A DNA stretch of 64,000 bases from Octopus bimaculoides (lineage: Eukaryota), in NCBI RefSeq assembly GCF_001194135.2, contig NC_068987.1:88044160-88108159 (forward strand), in the 5' to 3' direction. Every line of letters starts with the position of its first letter. The first letter of the stretch is position 1. Both the position numbers and the translations under genes were made by a program. This document shows, piece by piece, positions 38,260 to 50,343 of this stretch. Under the pieces are notes generated by a model. That model was not told the DNA's origin. It searched no databases and saw nothing but the letters and a program-made list of their open reading frames with translations.

Positions 38260-38727
38260 TTGTGTTAACCACGTGGTTTCAGAGTCCATTCCACTGCACA
38301 ACACTTTAGGCGAGGGTCTTCTACCATAGCCACTGAGTGACCAATGTCTTGTGAGTGAATTTGCTGTACAGAAACTGAGTAGAAGCCTATCGTGTGTGTG
38401 TGCGTGCGTGCGCGCACGCATGCACGCACGCACACACACACACACGCACACACACACACACACACGCACACACACACACACACACGCACACACACACACA
38501 CACACACACGAATGTGTGTGTGTTTGTGTGATTCTGTGCATGATTTTGTGTGTGTGTGTGCTTATTGCTGTATTTCATTCCTTGACAGCCAGTGTTGGTT
38601 TGTTTATGTCTCTGTAACTTAATGGTTCAGCAAAAGAGACTTCTAAGAGTCTCCTACCATAGCCACTAGCTGACCAATGCCTTGTGAGTGAATTTGCTGT
38701 ACAGAAACTGTGTGGAAGCCCATTGTG

Positions 38728-38772
<45 letters not shown>

Positions 38773-39010
38773 TTATATGTGAGTGTGTGTTTGTGTGATT
38801 TTGTATGTTTTTGTGTGTGTGTGCTTGTCGCTGTACCCTGTTCCTTGACAACCAGTGTTGGTTTGTTTATGTCTCTGTAGCTTAACGGTTCAGCAAAAGA
38901 GACTAACAGAATAAGCACCTAAATGCCAGTCTTATGCAAATAATTCCTGGGATTGCTTTGTCTAACTCCAAACCCTTCAAGGCCATGCCCCCCCTCCCCA
39001 TCCCCAAATG
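38260..39010 (+). mobile_element. SINE family A with tandem internal duplication
   Basis: The segment ctaccatagccact...gaatttgctgtacagaaactg...(CA)n...ttgac..ccagtgttggtttgtttatgtctctgta.ctta..ggttcagcaaaagagact occurs twice (about 38320-38641 and 38652-38905). Confidence 0.85.
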
Positions 39011-39224
39011 TCTACAGTTCAGTGTCTGAAATAAATGGAAGATAAGAGATATTCTATAACAACTGACAATCAAATGTTCACCTTTTTTTAAAAACAATTT
39101 TGTTTTTTTTAATAATTTGTAAACATGCCAATATGGCTGTGTGGTTAAGAAGTTAACATTGCAGCTATGTAGTTTTGGGTTCAATCTCACTATGTTGTAC
39201 CTGCATGGCCCTGGGTTTTTCGGT

Positions 39225-39790
39225 CATCTTGGAAACGTCTGAACCACCTGAGTGCAGCTTATACACTCTTCTCCATTCACTTTCTGCAACTTTGTGTAGG
39301 CCTCTGAGCAGGTATTGCCATGACAATTTTCTCTGTCATGGTCAATGTGATGATCACATGCTACACACCTTCCTTCCAAGCACTGCTGTAAGCAGTGGAA
39401 GTGAGCTAGAACATTAAAGCTTAGTGTGCATGCACAGCAAACTCCAAAGTCAATCTATGCCAAGTGACTTCACTCTGCATGCTTCAGCTTTATTACTATG
39501 GCAACAGTCTGGACACTTATTGATCAGACCTCATATATGTGTTTGCGTCCATATACCTTTGCATTGGCATCACCTAGGTGGCAGTGATATTCATCTATGT
39601 CCCACATAAACACTATGTCCTACACCTTAGCATTAAGATGGGTGAAGGGCAAGTGGGATAAAGTACCTTACTTGAAAAAAAAATCAAGGGTTGGCCCTCA
39701 GGAAGGGCATCCTGGCCACAGAATACTGCCATATGAAATCTCATCCATCTCATGCTACATAGAAAAAGCAGATATAAAAACAAAAGTGCT
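39225..39790 (+). mobile_element. Degenerate CR1-type LINE 3' end fused to RTE-like tail
   Basis: Degenerate ...LLLWQQSG...IRPHI...HWHHLGG..I..PHINTMSYT.. resembling the CR1 C-terminus; ends with ccatctcatgctacatagaaaaagcagatat. Confidence 0.45.
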
Positions 39791-39990
39791 GCTGCTTACC
39801 TATGAATTATTGTATCTTGTGTTTCAAGCCTGCATTGTGTGTCTGCATGTGAGATAGAGAGAAGGTATTCAATAATCTATGCAGATAAGATAGTCTTACA
39901 ATTTATGTAAGAGCTGGAATGCTTTTGTAGCAACTTGTTACATGTCCAACAATGATATTCCATCTGTTTGGAGATGGTTCTATAAGATAA

Positions 39991-40027
<37 letters not shown>

Positions 40028-40155
40028 ATAATATGCAAACAGTTTAAAATAGCATTAACTAATAAATGCATTTATGTTAGTAAATGTCTGCTGGTATGGA
40101 AATGTTTTTTCACTAATATCTTGTCTCGATCATTGTGGCCATGCTGGTTTTAGTC

Positions 40156-40446
40156 CACTGGTTCGCAACGAGGGTCCGTATGACTCTTACGGGTCATATG
40201 GACCCTAGTGGACCCCTAAGGGGGTTCATATAAGATTTTGTTGTTAAAATTTGTGCAATAAATTGCATAATTCTGCAAGTCACAAAATATTAAAAATTTT
40301 TTTATACAATTCTTAATATTTAATCATAAAAATATAGTAGTTTTTTTTTTGTTTTTTATATACTTTGACTGGCTATGGGGATCTACCTGAGTAAAATGGG
40401 TATCAAAGGGGTTCATAGATGAAAAAAATATGGTCGAGAACCATTG
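40156..40446. mobile_element. hAT (Charlie-like) MITE inserted in a SINE
   Basis: TIRs cactggttcgcaac / gtcgagaaccattg (CAGTGGTTCTCAAC type); degenerate 8-bp TSD ttttagtc/ctttggtc; internal hairpin gagggtccgtatgac...gtcatatggaccct. Confidence 0.75.
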
Positions 40447-41369
40447 CTTTGGTCACACAGATCAACCTCAGTATAATTTTGTTTTCTTTGTCTGGTACTT
40501 ATTCCATTGGTCTTTTTTGCCAAACCACTAAGTTATAGGGATGTAAACAAATCAATACCAGTTGTTAAGCAGTGGTGTGGGACAAACACACACACACTTT
40601 CATACAGATACATGTGTGTGTGTCTCCACTGCTTGACTGTGACAACCAATGTTGGTTTGTTTATGTCCCCATAGCTTAATGGAATAGTAAGGACAGGTAA
40701 AATAAGTCCCAAACTTTAAAAAGTAAGTTCTGGGGGTTGATCTGTTTGACTGAAACCCTTCAAGGAATGCTCCAGTATGGCTGCATTGCAATGACTTAAA
40801 CAAGTAAAAGATCAAAGTTAAGAAATATTGTTTTCTCTAAATTTTCAATTTCAAATGCTTTCTTTTCTTCAACATAATTTTTTCTTCATTGACTAACATT
40901 TCTAAAGTAAAAAAGATGCCATTTTTCCTTGGTTTAGCCATCTTTTCTCTTATTCACCTTATCCATATTAAATTTCTCTTTTCCTACACGATTCAGCCAT
41001 TCGGGTCTCCCCCCCCCCCCATTATGAAATATCTATTTACTTAGTCATTATTACACACTCACAATATTTCTTAGCAAAGTTTTCTCAAAGATCAGATATC
41101 TACCTACAGTAATTATTGATAACTTAATCAAAATTGACATTTCAGAGTGGAAACAAAGTTCAAATACTTAATTACTCTCAAGTTTGTTTGTTTTTGTTTT
41201 TTTTCTGAATAATTCCTGAATTTTAAAATTTACTGAGTATGTGTTTATTGTAGGGGCAGTTTTTCCCAAAGTGGGTTCCTTTAATATAATTTAATTATAA
41301 CTTAATTTACAAAACAATTGTATTAATTTTCAAGATTATTACTTATGTTTTTTTAATATCTTTTTTTTT

Positions 41370-41700
41370 TGTTTTACTTGTTTCACTCATTAGACTGTGG
41401 CCATGTTGGGGCACTGCCTTGAAGAAGTTTGAAGAATCAACCCCAGTACTTATTGTTCTTTTTTGTAAAGCCTGCTACTTATTCTATCGGTTTCTTTTGC
41501 CGAACCACTAAGTTGCAGGGATGTAAACACACCAACACCAGTTGTCAAACAGTAGTTACACACACACACACACACACAACAGGCTTCATTCAGTTTCAGT
41601 TTACCAAATTCATTTACAAGGCTTTGCCACACAGTAGGACTGAACCCAGAACCATGTGGTTGGGAAGCAATCATCTTACCACCCAGCCACACCTGCATCT
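41370..41700 (-). mobile_element. SINE family A
   Basis: Family match. Confidence 0.85.
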
Positions 41701-42604
41701 ATATTGCATCTATGCCTGCACCTATACACTATATGGATAAATTCTCTTTAATTTATCTTCATGAGTATGGTAGAATTGGAGTGACAAGTATTGTCTCTAA
41801 AATAGGTGTATGGGTCCTGTGATTTTTGGAAGATTGTATAAAAGTTCTTTTCTACTCTAGGCACAAGGCCTGAAATTTTTGGGGAAGAGGCCAGTCAATT
41901 ACATCAACCCCAGTATGCAACTGGTACTTAATTTATTGACCTCAAAAGGATGAAAGGCAAAGTCAACCTCAGTGGAATTTGAACTCAGAATGTAAAGACA
42001 GACGAAATGTTGCTAAGCATTTTGCCTGGCATGCTAACGTTTCTGTCAGCTTGCCATCTTATTCTATAAAGTTTCTGTTACAAAATTAATCTGGGAATCA
42101 CTGTTCTATAGAATGTTTTTCCTTGATATGTTGGATTGGAAGAGATTTACATTAATGCTTAAAAGTTTCAAGTCTCACATAAAACAAAATTATCTTTCTG
42201 ATATAAGAAATGTATACTGAGTGGTTAGTATTGCAACAAGCCCAAGTTCACATGCTGTCTGCAATGTTAGTGCCGTGAGAAGTTCCTGTCCTTTCTGCTG
42301 TGTTAGTGTTGTTGACGAATTAATATCCTTTCTGCATGTTAGTGCCATGATAAGTCCATATCCTATCTGCAGAGTCATGCTTTGCTAGTTGTGTACATAC
42401 AAACCTTTTTAAGTGCAGTAATTTTTAGTTGTCAGTTAAAATAATTAAAAAAAGATTTTTTAAAAATTTTAATCCTTATTTTTCACCAATTTTTTAACAA
42501 ATTTCTTGTCCTTCATCGAGTGATGGCAATGATATCATGAGAGCATCCCATCTGTGAATCAAATTCTCTAATGGCTTGGCAGAGATCCTTGTGGGTGAAC
42601 TGGT

Positions 42605-42766
42605 TCAGTCAACCCTCATTGAACTGAACAGGTTGGCTGGTACACGGAGAGTCTCTGAGTTTGAATTTCTGCTTCTTGAAATGTGGAAATCATTTTTGTG
42701 CAGTTCTTTCTGTAATTTTTCTGAACACAGCACAAATGTCTCAAGCAATTTTGGCAACTCTAGAAC
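42605..42766 (-). CDS. Candidate terminal exon or transposase relic
   Basis: tctcttttctttctatcaag| acceptor then VLELPKLLETFVLCSEKLQKELHKNDFHISRSRNSNSETLRVPANLFSSMRVD*. The SEKLQKEL..DFHISRS segment also resembles a Tc1-type helix-turn-helix, so the assignment is ambiguous. Confidence 0.25.
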   Translation of the reverse strand, partial: VLELPKLLETFVLCSEKLQKELHKNDFHISRSRNSNSETLRVPANLFSSMRVD

Positions 42767-42914
42767 CTTGATAGAAAGAAAAGAGAGGCAGATCTTGAAA
42801 ATATTCATTCTCTGTATTTGGCACCCTGTCATCATATTGTCAGAAATAAGGTAAAATTTATTCAAGTTTCAAAAATGATAAGCAAAAGTTGTAGAAGAGA
42901 ACTCCAAAAATCCC

Positions 42915-43118
42915 CATTTGTTTCAATCATTTGACTGTGGCCATGCTAGAGCACTACCTTTAGTCGAACAAATTGACCCCAGGACTTAATCTTTGTAAGC
43001 CTACTATATATTCTATTGTTCTCTTTTGCTGAACTGCTAAGTTACAGGGATGTAAACACACCAGCATCGGTTGTCAAGCGATGGTGGGGGGACAAACACA
43101 GACATACAAACATACACT

Positions 43119-43189
<71 letters not shown>

Positions 43190-43310
43190 AGCTTCTTTCA
43201 GTTTCCATCTACATAATCCGCTCACAAGGCTTTGGTTGGCCTGAGGCTATAGCAGAAGACACTCGCCCAAGGTGCCACACAATGGGACTGAACCCGGAGC
43301 CATGTGATAA
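42915..43310 (-). mobile_element. SINE family A, near full length
   Basis: Family match with (CA)n(TA)n. Confidence 0.9.
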
Positions 43311-45687
43311 AAATATTTTCGTGTTATTTCAAATAACATTGAAGAAATAAAAAAGAAAACGATATTTCCTATAATCTTGAAAACCCAAACCATTAGACTC
43401 AGATGTGTTTCTTGCAGGCGGTTGAATGAAATGCAGCTATCTCTTTCCCAGCATTAAAAAAAAAACAGTCTCAGGTGTGTATTTGAAGAAAATAATGACA
43501 GCTATTTAAAATATTGATTCATTGATTCCTTGTTACGATGCTCACAAAATTGGTTAAACAGAAGAGCTGTGGTATGAGTGTCTTTCACGACACCAGCTTA
43601 TAGGAATATGTTAATTCAGCAACAACAAGCTGACAAGACACTTAGCTATGCAGTGTTCCTGTTACTTGTAGCAATAAGCTATGTCCACCACTCGTGGTAC
43701 CTCTTTACAGGTTGGTGAACAGAACCAACTAAAATCTAAGTATTGATCACAGATGCAATGTAGGTGATACCATATGAACCTCTGACTCTTCTTGTAGGTG
43801 ATGCAGTGTGAGTAGAGAAATTGATAGCTTACCATGCTGGGTTTGTCGACATGTAAGTGAGGTCATGGTAAAGTCAGTCATTCTGTGGTCCTGTTTCAAT
43901 CAATATTATTCACTTAGCAAAGTAACTTAATATCAATGAAAATGTTCCAGAAATCTTACCCCTTTTATCAACCTGTTGTTTGGAATTATTACACTTGTGG
44001 CTGTGTTAAGTAGCTTGCTTACCAACCACATGGTCCCACATTCAGTCCCACTGCATGGCACCTTGGGTAAGTGTCTTCTACTATAACCTCGGGTCGACCA
44101 AAGCCTTGTCAGTGGATTTGGTAGGCAGAAACTGAAAGAAGCCCATTGTATTTATATATATATATATATGTATTTATATANNNNNNNNNNNNNNNNNNNN
44201 NNNNNNNNNNNNNNNNNNNNNNNNNNNNNNNNNNNNNNNNNNNNNNNNNNNNNNNNNNNNNNNNNNNNNNNNNNNNNNNNNNNNNNNNNNNNNNNNNNNN
44301 NNNNNNNNNNNNNNNNNNNNNNNNNNNNNNNNNNNNNNNNNNNNNNNNNNNNNNNNNNNNNNNNNNNNNNNNNNNNNNNNNNNNNNNNNNNNNNNNNNNN
44401 NNNNNNNNNNNNNNNNNNNNNNNNNNNNNNNNNNNNNNNNNNNNNNNNNNNNNNNNNNNNNNCACTTGATAACTGGTGTTGGCGAAAGAAACTGATAAAA
44501 TAAGTACTAGGCTTACAAAGAAGTCCTGAGGGGTCGATTTGCTCGACTAAATAAGTAATGGGATATTTCATTTGCCTAAAATCCTTCAAGGTGATGTCCC
44601 AGCATGGCCACAGTCTAAAAGATATATATTTATACATCTATACATATAAATGGGCGATTTTTTTCTTGTCTTGGTATTCAGTCAAACGGTTGGATGGAAT
44701 TGCGTGAAAATTATACAGATGTGTAGAATGATCCGGTGGTGTTGCTGGGCTTTGTATTTTGTTCATAGCTCCCATGGTTACTGAGATAATCTACTATAAT
44801 AATACTCTTGTGTTTATGAATGAGAAAGGAAGGGGTGATAGATGAATAAGGAAGGAAGGGGTGATGTCATACTTGGTAGTGGGCTGATGAAAATTGTACG
44901 CTGAAAAAATAAACCAGTGTTTCAACTCTGTGTGAGTATATGTGTGTGTATGTAAAAGGTGGGTATGTGAATGTGTGTGTGCATGTGCAGCATTTTGATA
45001 GAAAAAAAGTCATTCTAAAATTGTTTCTTAATGTAAGCATGCCCAAACAAATCGAATGCTTACACAGAGCAGGTTTTACAGCCACATCATCCAAACGAAC
45101 CGAGTGAAACCAGGCTTAGCTGTTCGTTACTTATACGTTTGCATAAATCCTTATATGTATTTATACACATTATTTTTTTAATTTAAAATAAATTTAGGAT
45201 TTATTCTTAAGTTTTCCCCATACAATTTTCTGATTTCTAATGTATACTTAATTTGTACATTAACATTATATCCAAATTCTTTCATCTATTATCCCTGAGT
45301 GAAGCCTTTCTACATTTTTTTTCCCCTTTGGTTCACAACATTTGTATATACATTATATTGAGTAATTTTACTTTCTCTTTTCTGTTGGGCATTGCTAATA
45401 TTTCTCTAAATTCTACAGAAAAGTACTAAATTATGTGTGGATGTATTTTGGTTCAGAATATGATGGAATTTATTATGTAGACATTATTCAATCTAGAAAT
45501 AATATCCTGAGATGTTTCAGTTATTTAAGTTCATTATGACAGCTGTTAAATAGATGCAAAGGGAAATTTTGTCCTTACAGCAAATCTTTTTGTTGTTATT
45601 TTTCCAATATTTGCCTTTTTTTTTTTTTACAGTTAATTTGTATTATTTTAATTCTCTAAACGAGGTATTAACAGTAACTGCACGATA

Positions 45688-45945
45688 AAGTGAAGTATAT
45701 TGCCACTTAAATGTGGCTGACCCCTAGGGGTGGATGTTACTGTTGCTTTTAGCCCCAGGAGGACATCTCCTTCAGCTGGCTTATCGACACACTTCTGTGT
45801 CCTGTCTGTTTTTGTTTTGCCAAACAGACAGGACACAGAAGTGTGTCGATAAGCCAGCTGGAGGAGATGTCCTCCTGGGGCTAAAAGCAACAGTAACATC
45901 CACCCCTAGGGGTCAGCCACATTTAAGTGGCAATATACTTCACTT
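45688..45945. mobile_element. Near-perfect palindromic (foldback) MITE
   Basis: Arms 45688-45811 and 45822-45945 (124 bp each, one mismatch), 10-nt loop, flanked by ATA on both sides. Confidence 0.9.
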
Positions 45946-46299
45946 ATATTATTTTATTTCATACATTTATTTATTTTTCAACATCCAAGTTGATTGTTTC
46001 TAAGATCTCGGAATTTGTCTTGTGACTAAATTTTCTGAACATAAATTCTCTCAATGTTCATGATATCATTTACAAAATGTTATTGCTATGGAAACACTAT
46101 TGGACTTTTGTTTTGGGCTTGAAACTGTCTCCATTCCTATATTTTATCATCATCGTCATGAGTTTTCCTACTTATTATAAAATGAGAAGGCTTTCAGTGT
46201 GCTGTGTGTCTGTGCAACTCAGTTCTGCTTCATCTTATGCAAAAGAGATCTACACACTGTCCCTTTACTCTGTCAAATGTAATGCCTCTTTATTGTACT

Positions 46300-46700
46300 T
46301 AATCCAAACTTTTGCAATATGTTGGTAACTCATTTTACTTTTATTGGTTAACTTACAACAAAAGCAGCCTAGCTTTCAAAGCAGAGGCCATTGAGTTGTG
46401 CCGTCTGAAGCTACCTTTCTGCCAGTTCTTTCATCGCACACTAATACCAGCTCTTGTCACTTCCTGTCACCCTAACCCTAACCCTAACTTCATCAACCAA
46501 GAAGAGGTGGAAGCTTCAGTGAAGAGGTTCTTTGCCTTGAAAGACAAGAACTGGTATCAATGTAGGATCAAGGACCCTGCAGAAAGGTGGCTTCAAACAG
46601 TGCAACACGGTGACCTTCATTTTGAATGCTAGGCTGCTTTTTGTTGTAACTTGACCAATAAAGCAAATGAGTTAACAAAATATTGTAAACCTTTTCATTC
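46300..46700. mobile_element. Inverted doublet of mariner 3' ends
   Basis: Plus 46489-46632 encodes FINQEEVEASVKRFFALKDKNWYQCRIKDPAERWLQTVQHGDLHFEC* (mariner C-terminus: ..FFASK...FY..GI..L.ERW.....G.YF); minus 46326-46458 encodes the same region (DKSWY*CAMKELAER*LQTAQLNGLCFES*). Confidence 0.8.
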
Positions 46701-46747
46701 AACACAATATTTACATTGTTTTGAATTAATTATGAATTAATTATAAA

Positions 46748-46911
46748 TAGGCACAGGAGTGGCTGTGTGGTAAGTAGCTTGCTTATCAACCACATGGTTC
46801 CGGGTTCAGTCCCACTGCGTGGCACCTTGGGCAAGTGTCTTCTACTATAGCCTCGGGCCGACCAAAGCTTTGTGATTGGATTTGGTAGATGGAAACTGAA
46901 AGAAGCCTGTC

Positions 46912-46970
<59 letters not shown>

Positions 46971-47165
46971 TGTGTCTGTTTGTTCCCCCAACATCGCTTG
47001 ACAACCGATGCTGGTGTGTTTACGTCCCTGTAACTTAGCAGTTTGGCAAAGAGACTGATAGAATAAGTACTAGGCTTACAAGAATAAGTCCTGGGGTCAA
47101 TTTGCTCAACTAAAGGTGGTGTTCCAGCATGGCCACAGTCAAATGACTGAAACAAGTAAAAGAGA
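46748..47165 (+). mobile_element. SINE family A, full length, young
   Basis: Complete match, with (TG)~28. Confidence 0.9.
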
Positions 47166-47219
47166 GTATCCTGTAGTTTCAAGATTTTGATGATGTGATT
47201 GTTTATTTTTAGAATGACA

Positions 47220-47452
47220 TATCTGAACGTGGTTGATGCCAGGCCCGCCTGACTGGCTCCTGTGCTGGTGGCATGTGAAAAGAATCCACTACACTCTCAG
47301 AGTGGTTGGCATTTGGAAGGGCATCTAGCTATAGAAACTTTGCCAGATCAGATTGGAACCTGGTGCAGCTACTGGCTCTCCAGACCTCAGTCAAACCGTC
47401 CAACCCATGCCAGTATGGAAAACGGACATTAAACGATGATGATGATGATGAT
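47220..47452 (+). mobile_element. RTE LINE tail
   Basis: Ends ccaacccatgccagtatggaaaacggacattaaacgatgatgatgatgatg. Confidence 0.85.
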
Positions 47453-47799
47453 TGCTGGGTAGGTGTGAGAGGCAGAATATGGCCAGTTTTGAACATAAAG
47501 CACATAAAATATTTGAGCCATATATGACTGATTTAAATGTTAAAGGGTTAAAGTTTTCACTTAAATACTTCCCCAACCAAATATCTACCCTACTGATTAT
47601 TAATATCTAAAGCTATTTCTTCAATTAACATGGGTCAGCCATTCACATTACATGCCCATGCTAGCACTCCTCTTGAACATATCGTATCTATCCAAGTATC
47701 CCCATATGTAAACGTTGCTCAAATATTTAATGAGGTTTCTTTATGTAAGTGTTGCTTTTCCTTCTACTAGCCATTCAAATTCTGAAGTAATAAACACTT

Positions 47800-48260
47800 T
47801 GTTAGAGCAGAGCAAGACAATACGAGACGAGGAAAATTAAATAATGTAGCTTATGGCAAGGAGTGCAGTGAATCTTACACCTTAATTATTTTGCTTCAAT
47901 AAGAGATGTTTCTTTTTTGTTCAAATTTGTGTAAACTGACAATTATTTTCCTATTCAAACGTGTGTGTGAGTGTGATGAACTACTAACGTTCTACCTCAG
48001 ATTTGCGTTTGGCCGTACGGCTTTTGAATGTTGTTTTCACTGTCCAATTTTTCCTGTCTTGGTTTGTGTTTGCCACCTTGGAATCTTCTGTGTAGTGGGT
48101 TGATCCACTACTCAGGAAGAGACTATTCTAGAGTACGTTCTGTCTTATCTTCGAAACGTCAGGTTAGAATAGAGACAGCTGATGAAGGAATATTCCAAGT
48201 GGCTTTCCGTTTTCCTATGTGTTCGTTCCATTGTCTGTAGTTCATTGTTCTAACGTCCTG
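47800..48260. promoter_or_regulatory. CpG-retaining island, possible promoter/first exon
   Basis: 13 CpG counted in ~450 bp against a CpG-depleted background; potential donor cag|gttaga at 48161/48162. Confidence 0.3.
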
Positions 48261-50245
48261 TACCCTGATATGCATATATATACACATGTAGATGTAAGTA
48301 TGTACATATATGTGTGTATACACGTATATATATTCTTTGTATTNNNNNNNNNNNNNNNNNNNNNNNNNNNNNNNNNNNNNNNNNNNNNNNNNNNNNNNNN
48401 NNNNNNNNNNNNNNNNNNNNNNNNNNNNNNNNNNNNNNNNNNNNNNNNNNNNNNNNNNNNNNNNNNNNNNNNNNNNNNNNNNNNNNNNNNNNNNNNNNNN
48501 NNNNNNNNNNNNNNNNNNNNNNNNNNNNNNNNNNNNNNNNNNNNNNNNNNNNNNNNNNNNNNNNNNNNNNNNNNNNNNNNNNNNNNNNNNNNNNNNNNNN
48601 NNNNNNNNNNNNNNNNNNNNNNNNNNNNNNNNNNNNNNNNNNNNNNNNNNNNNNNNNNNNNNNNNNNNNNNNNNNNNNNNNNNNNNNNNNNNNNNNNNNN
48701 NNNNNNNNNNNNNNNNNNNNNNNNNNNNNNNNNNNNNNNNNNNNNNNNNNNNGGTGCAGGAGTGACTGTGTGGTAAGTAGCTTGCTTACCACCGCCCAAC
48801 CACATGGTTCTGGGTTCAGTCCCACTGTGTGACACCCTGGGCAAGTGTCTTCTACTATAGCCTCAGGCCGACCAAAGTGAGTGGATTTGGTAGACAGAAA
48901 CTGAAAGAAGCCTGTCTTATATATGTNNNNNNNNNNTATATATAAGGGCAAAAAGAAAATTTTCTTTGCCAGTATGCTGAAAAATAAATGCTAAATCATC
49001 CAACCACATAATATATTTTCACTTATATTATTACACTACGTGTTGAAACAAGGAAAGCAAGTTTATAGAAATTCATAAAAATATGGTTGTCCCCGAATTG
49101 GTTCTGATTTCTGGATTAATCCAAAAAGGAGTCTTCCTTCATCAGCGAGGAACACAAAATGAAAATAAATGAAATACTTAAACATAGGTGCAGGAGTGAC
49201 TGTGTGGTAAGTAGCTTGCTTACCACCGCCCAACCACATGGTTCTGGGTTCAGTCCCACTGTGTGACACCCTGGGCAAGTGTCTTCTACTATAGCCTCAG
49301 GCCGACCAAAGTGNNNNNNNNNNNNNNNNNNNNNNNNNNNNNNNNNNNNNNNNNNNNNNNNNNNNNNNNNNNNNNNNNNNNNNNNNNNNNNNNNNNNNNN
49401 NNNNNNNNNNNNNNNNNNNNNNNNNNNNNNNNNNNNNNNNNNNNNNNNNNNNNNNNNNNNNNNNNNNNNNNNNNNNNNNNNNNNNNNNNNNNNNNNNNNN
49501 NNNNNNNNNNNNNNNNNNNNNNNNNNNNNNNNNNNNNNNNNNNNNNNNNNNNNNNNNNNNNNNNNNNNNNNNNNNNNNNNNNNNNNNNNNNNNNNNNNNN
49601 NNNNNNNNNNNNNNNNNNNNNNNNNNNNNNNNNNNNNNNNNNNNNNNNNNNNNNNNNNNNNNNNNNNNNNNNNNNNNNNNNNNNNNNNNNNNNNNNNNNN
49701 NNNNNNNNNNNNNNNNNNNNNNNNNNNNNNNNNNNNNNNNNNNNNNNNNNNNNNNNNNNNNNNNNNNNNNNNNNNNNNNNNNNNNNNNNNNNNNNNNNNN
49801 NNNNNNNNNNNNNNNNNNNNNNNNNNNNNNNNNNNNNNNNNNNNNNNNNNNNNNNNNNNNNNNNNNNNNNNNNNNNNNNNNNNNNNNNNNNNNNNNNNNN
49901 NNNNNNNNNNNNNNNNNNNNNNNNNNNNNNNNNNNNNNNNNNNNNNNNNNNNNNNNNNNNNNNNNNNNNNNNNNNNNNNNNNAAAAAAAAAAAAAAAAAA
50001 AAAAAAGAATAAAAAAGGAAAATGTTGGCCTCATTCCAATGTTATACACCATAATTGCTAAAATATTATTTGTCCTTTTAGTTTGAATGTAATTATTACT
50101 TTTTTTTTTCTCCTTTAATAATATCCATGTAGATGAATAGTATTTTGTTTTCTTTACCCTCAATGGATTTTTGTCTGTATATCACCATTATAAAACAGCT
50201 GCATTTTATTGGTCATGTGAATACCATTGTATTCTATCTTTATAG

Positions 50246-50343
50246 GCTAAAATACACTGGTCATGATATTTCAGAAAGTCAATAATTGCTAATAACCTGT
50301 AGGGGAGTTGTTACGGAACTATTCATCTGTGACTGATAAACTG
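50246..50343 (+). other. Candidate non-coding (UTR/lncRNA) exon
   Basis: gtattctatctttatag| acceptor and CTG|gtaatt donor; stops in all three frames. Confidence 0.25.

Larger units (their letters stand above)
46257..47550. mobile_element. piggyBac-like MITE split into four pieces by nested insertions
   Basis: Pieces ~46257-46300, 46700-46745, 47168-47220 and 47455-47550 rejoin into the 7250/15405 consensus, ending aaagggttaa. Confidence 0.7.

Noticed and set aside
42240-42385. CRISPR-like repeat-spacer appearance
   Set aside because: Eukaryotic context, repeats too short and degenerate, no cas genes.
48753-49313. Two identical SINE copies (48753-48890 and 49186-49313) sharing private variants
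   Set aside because: Both abut gaps and are identical, so they are most likely mis-ordered overlapping contigs rather than a real duplication.
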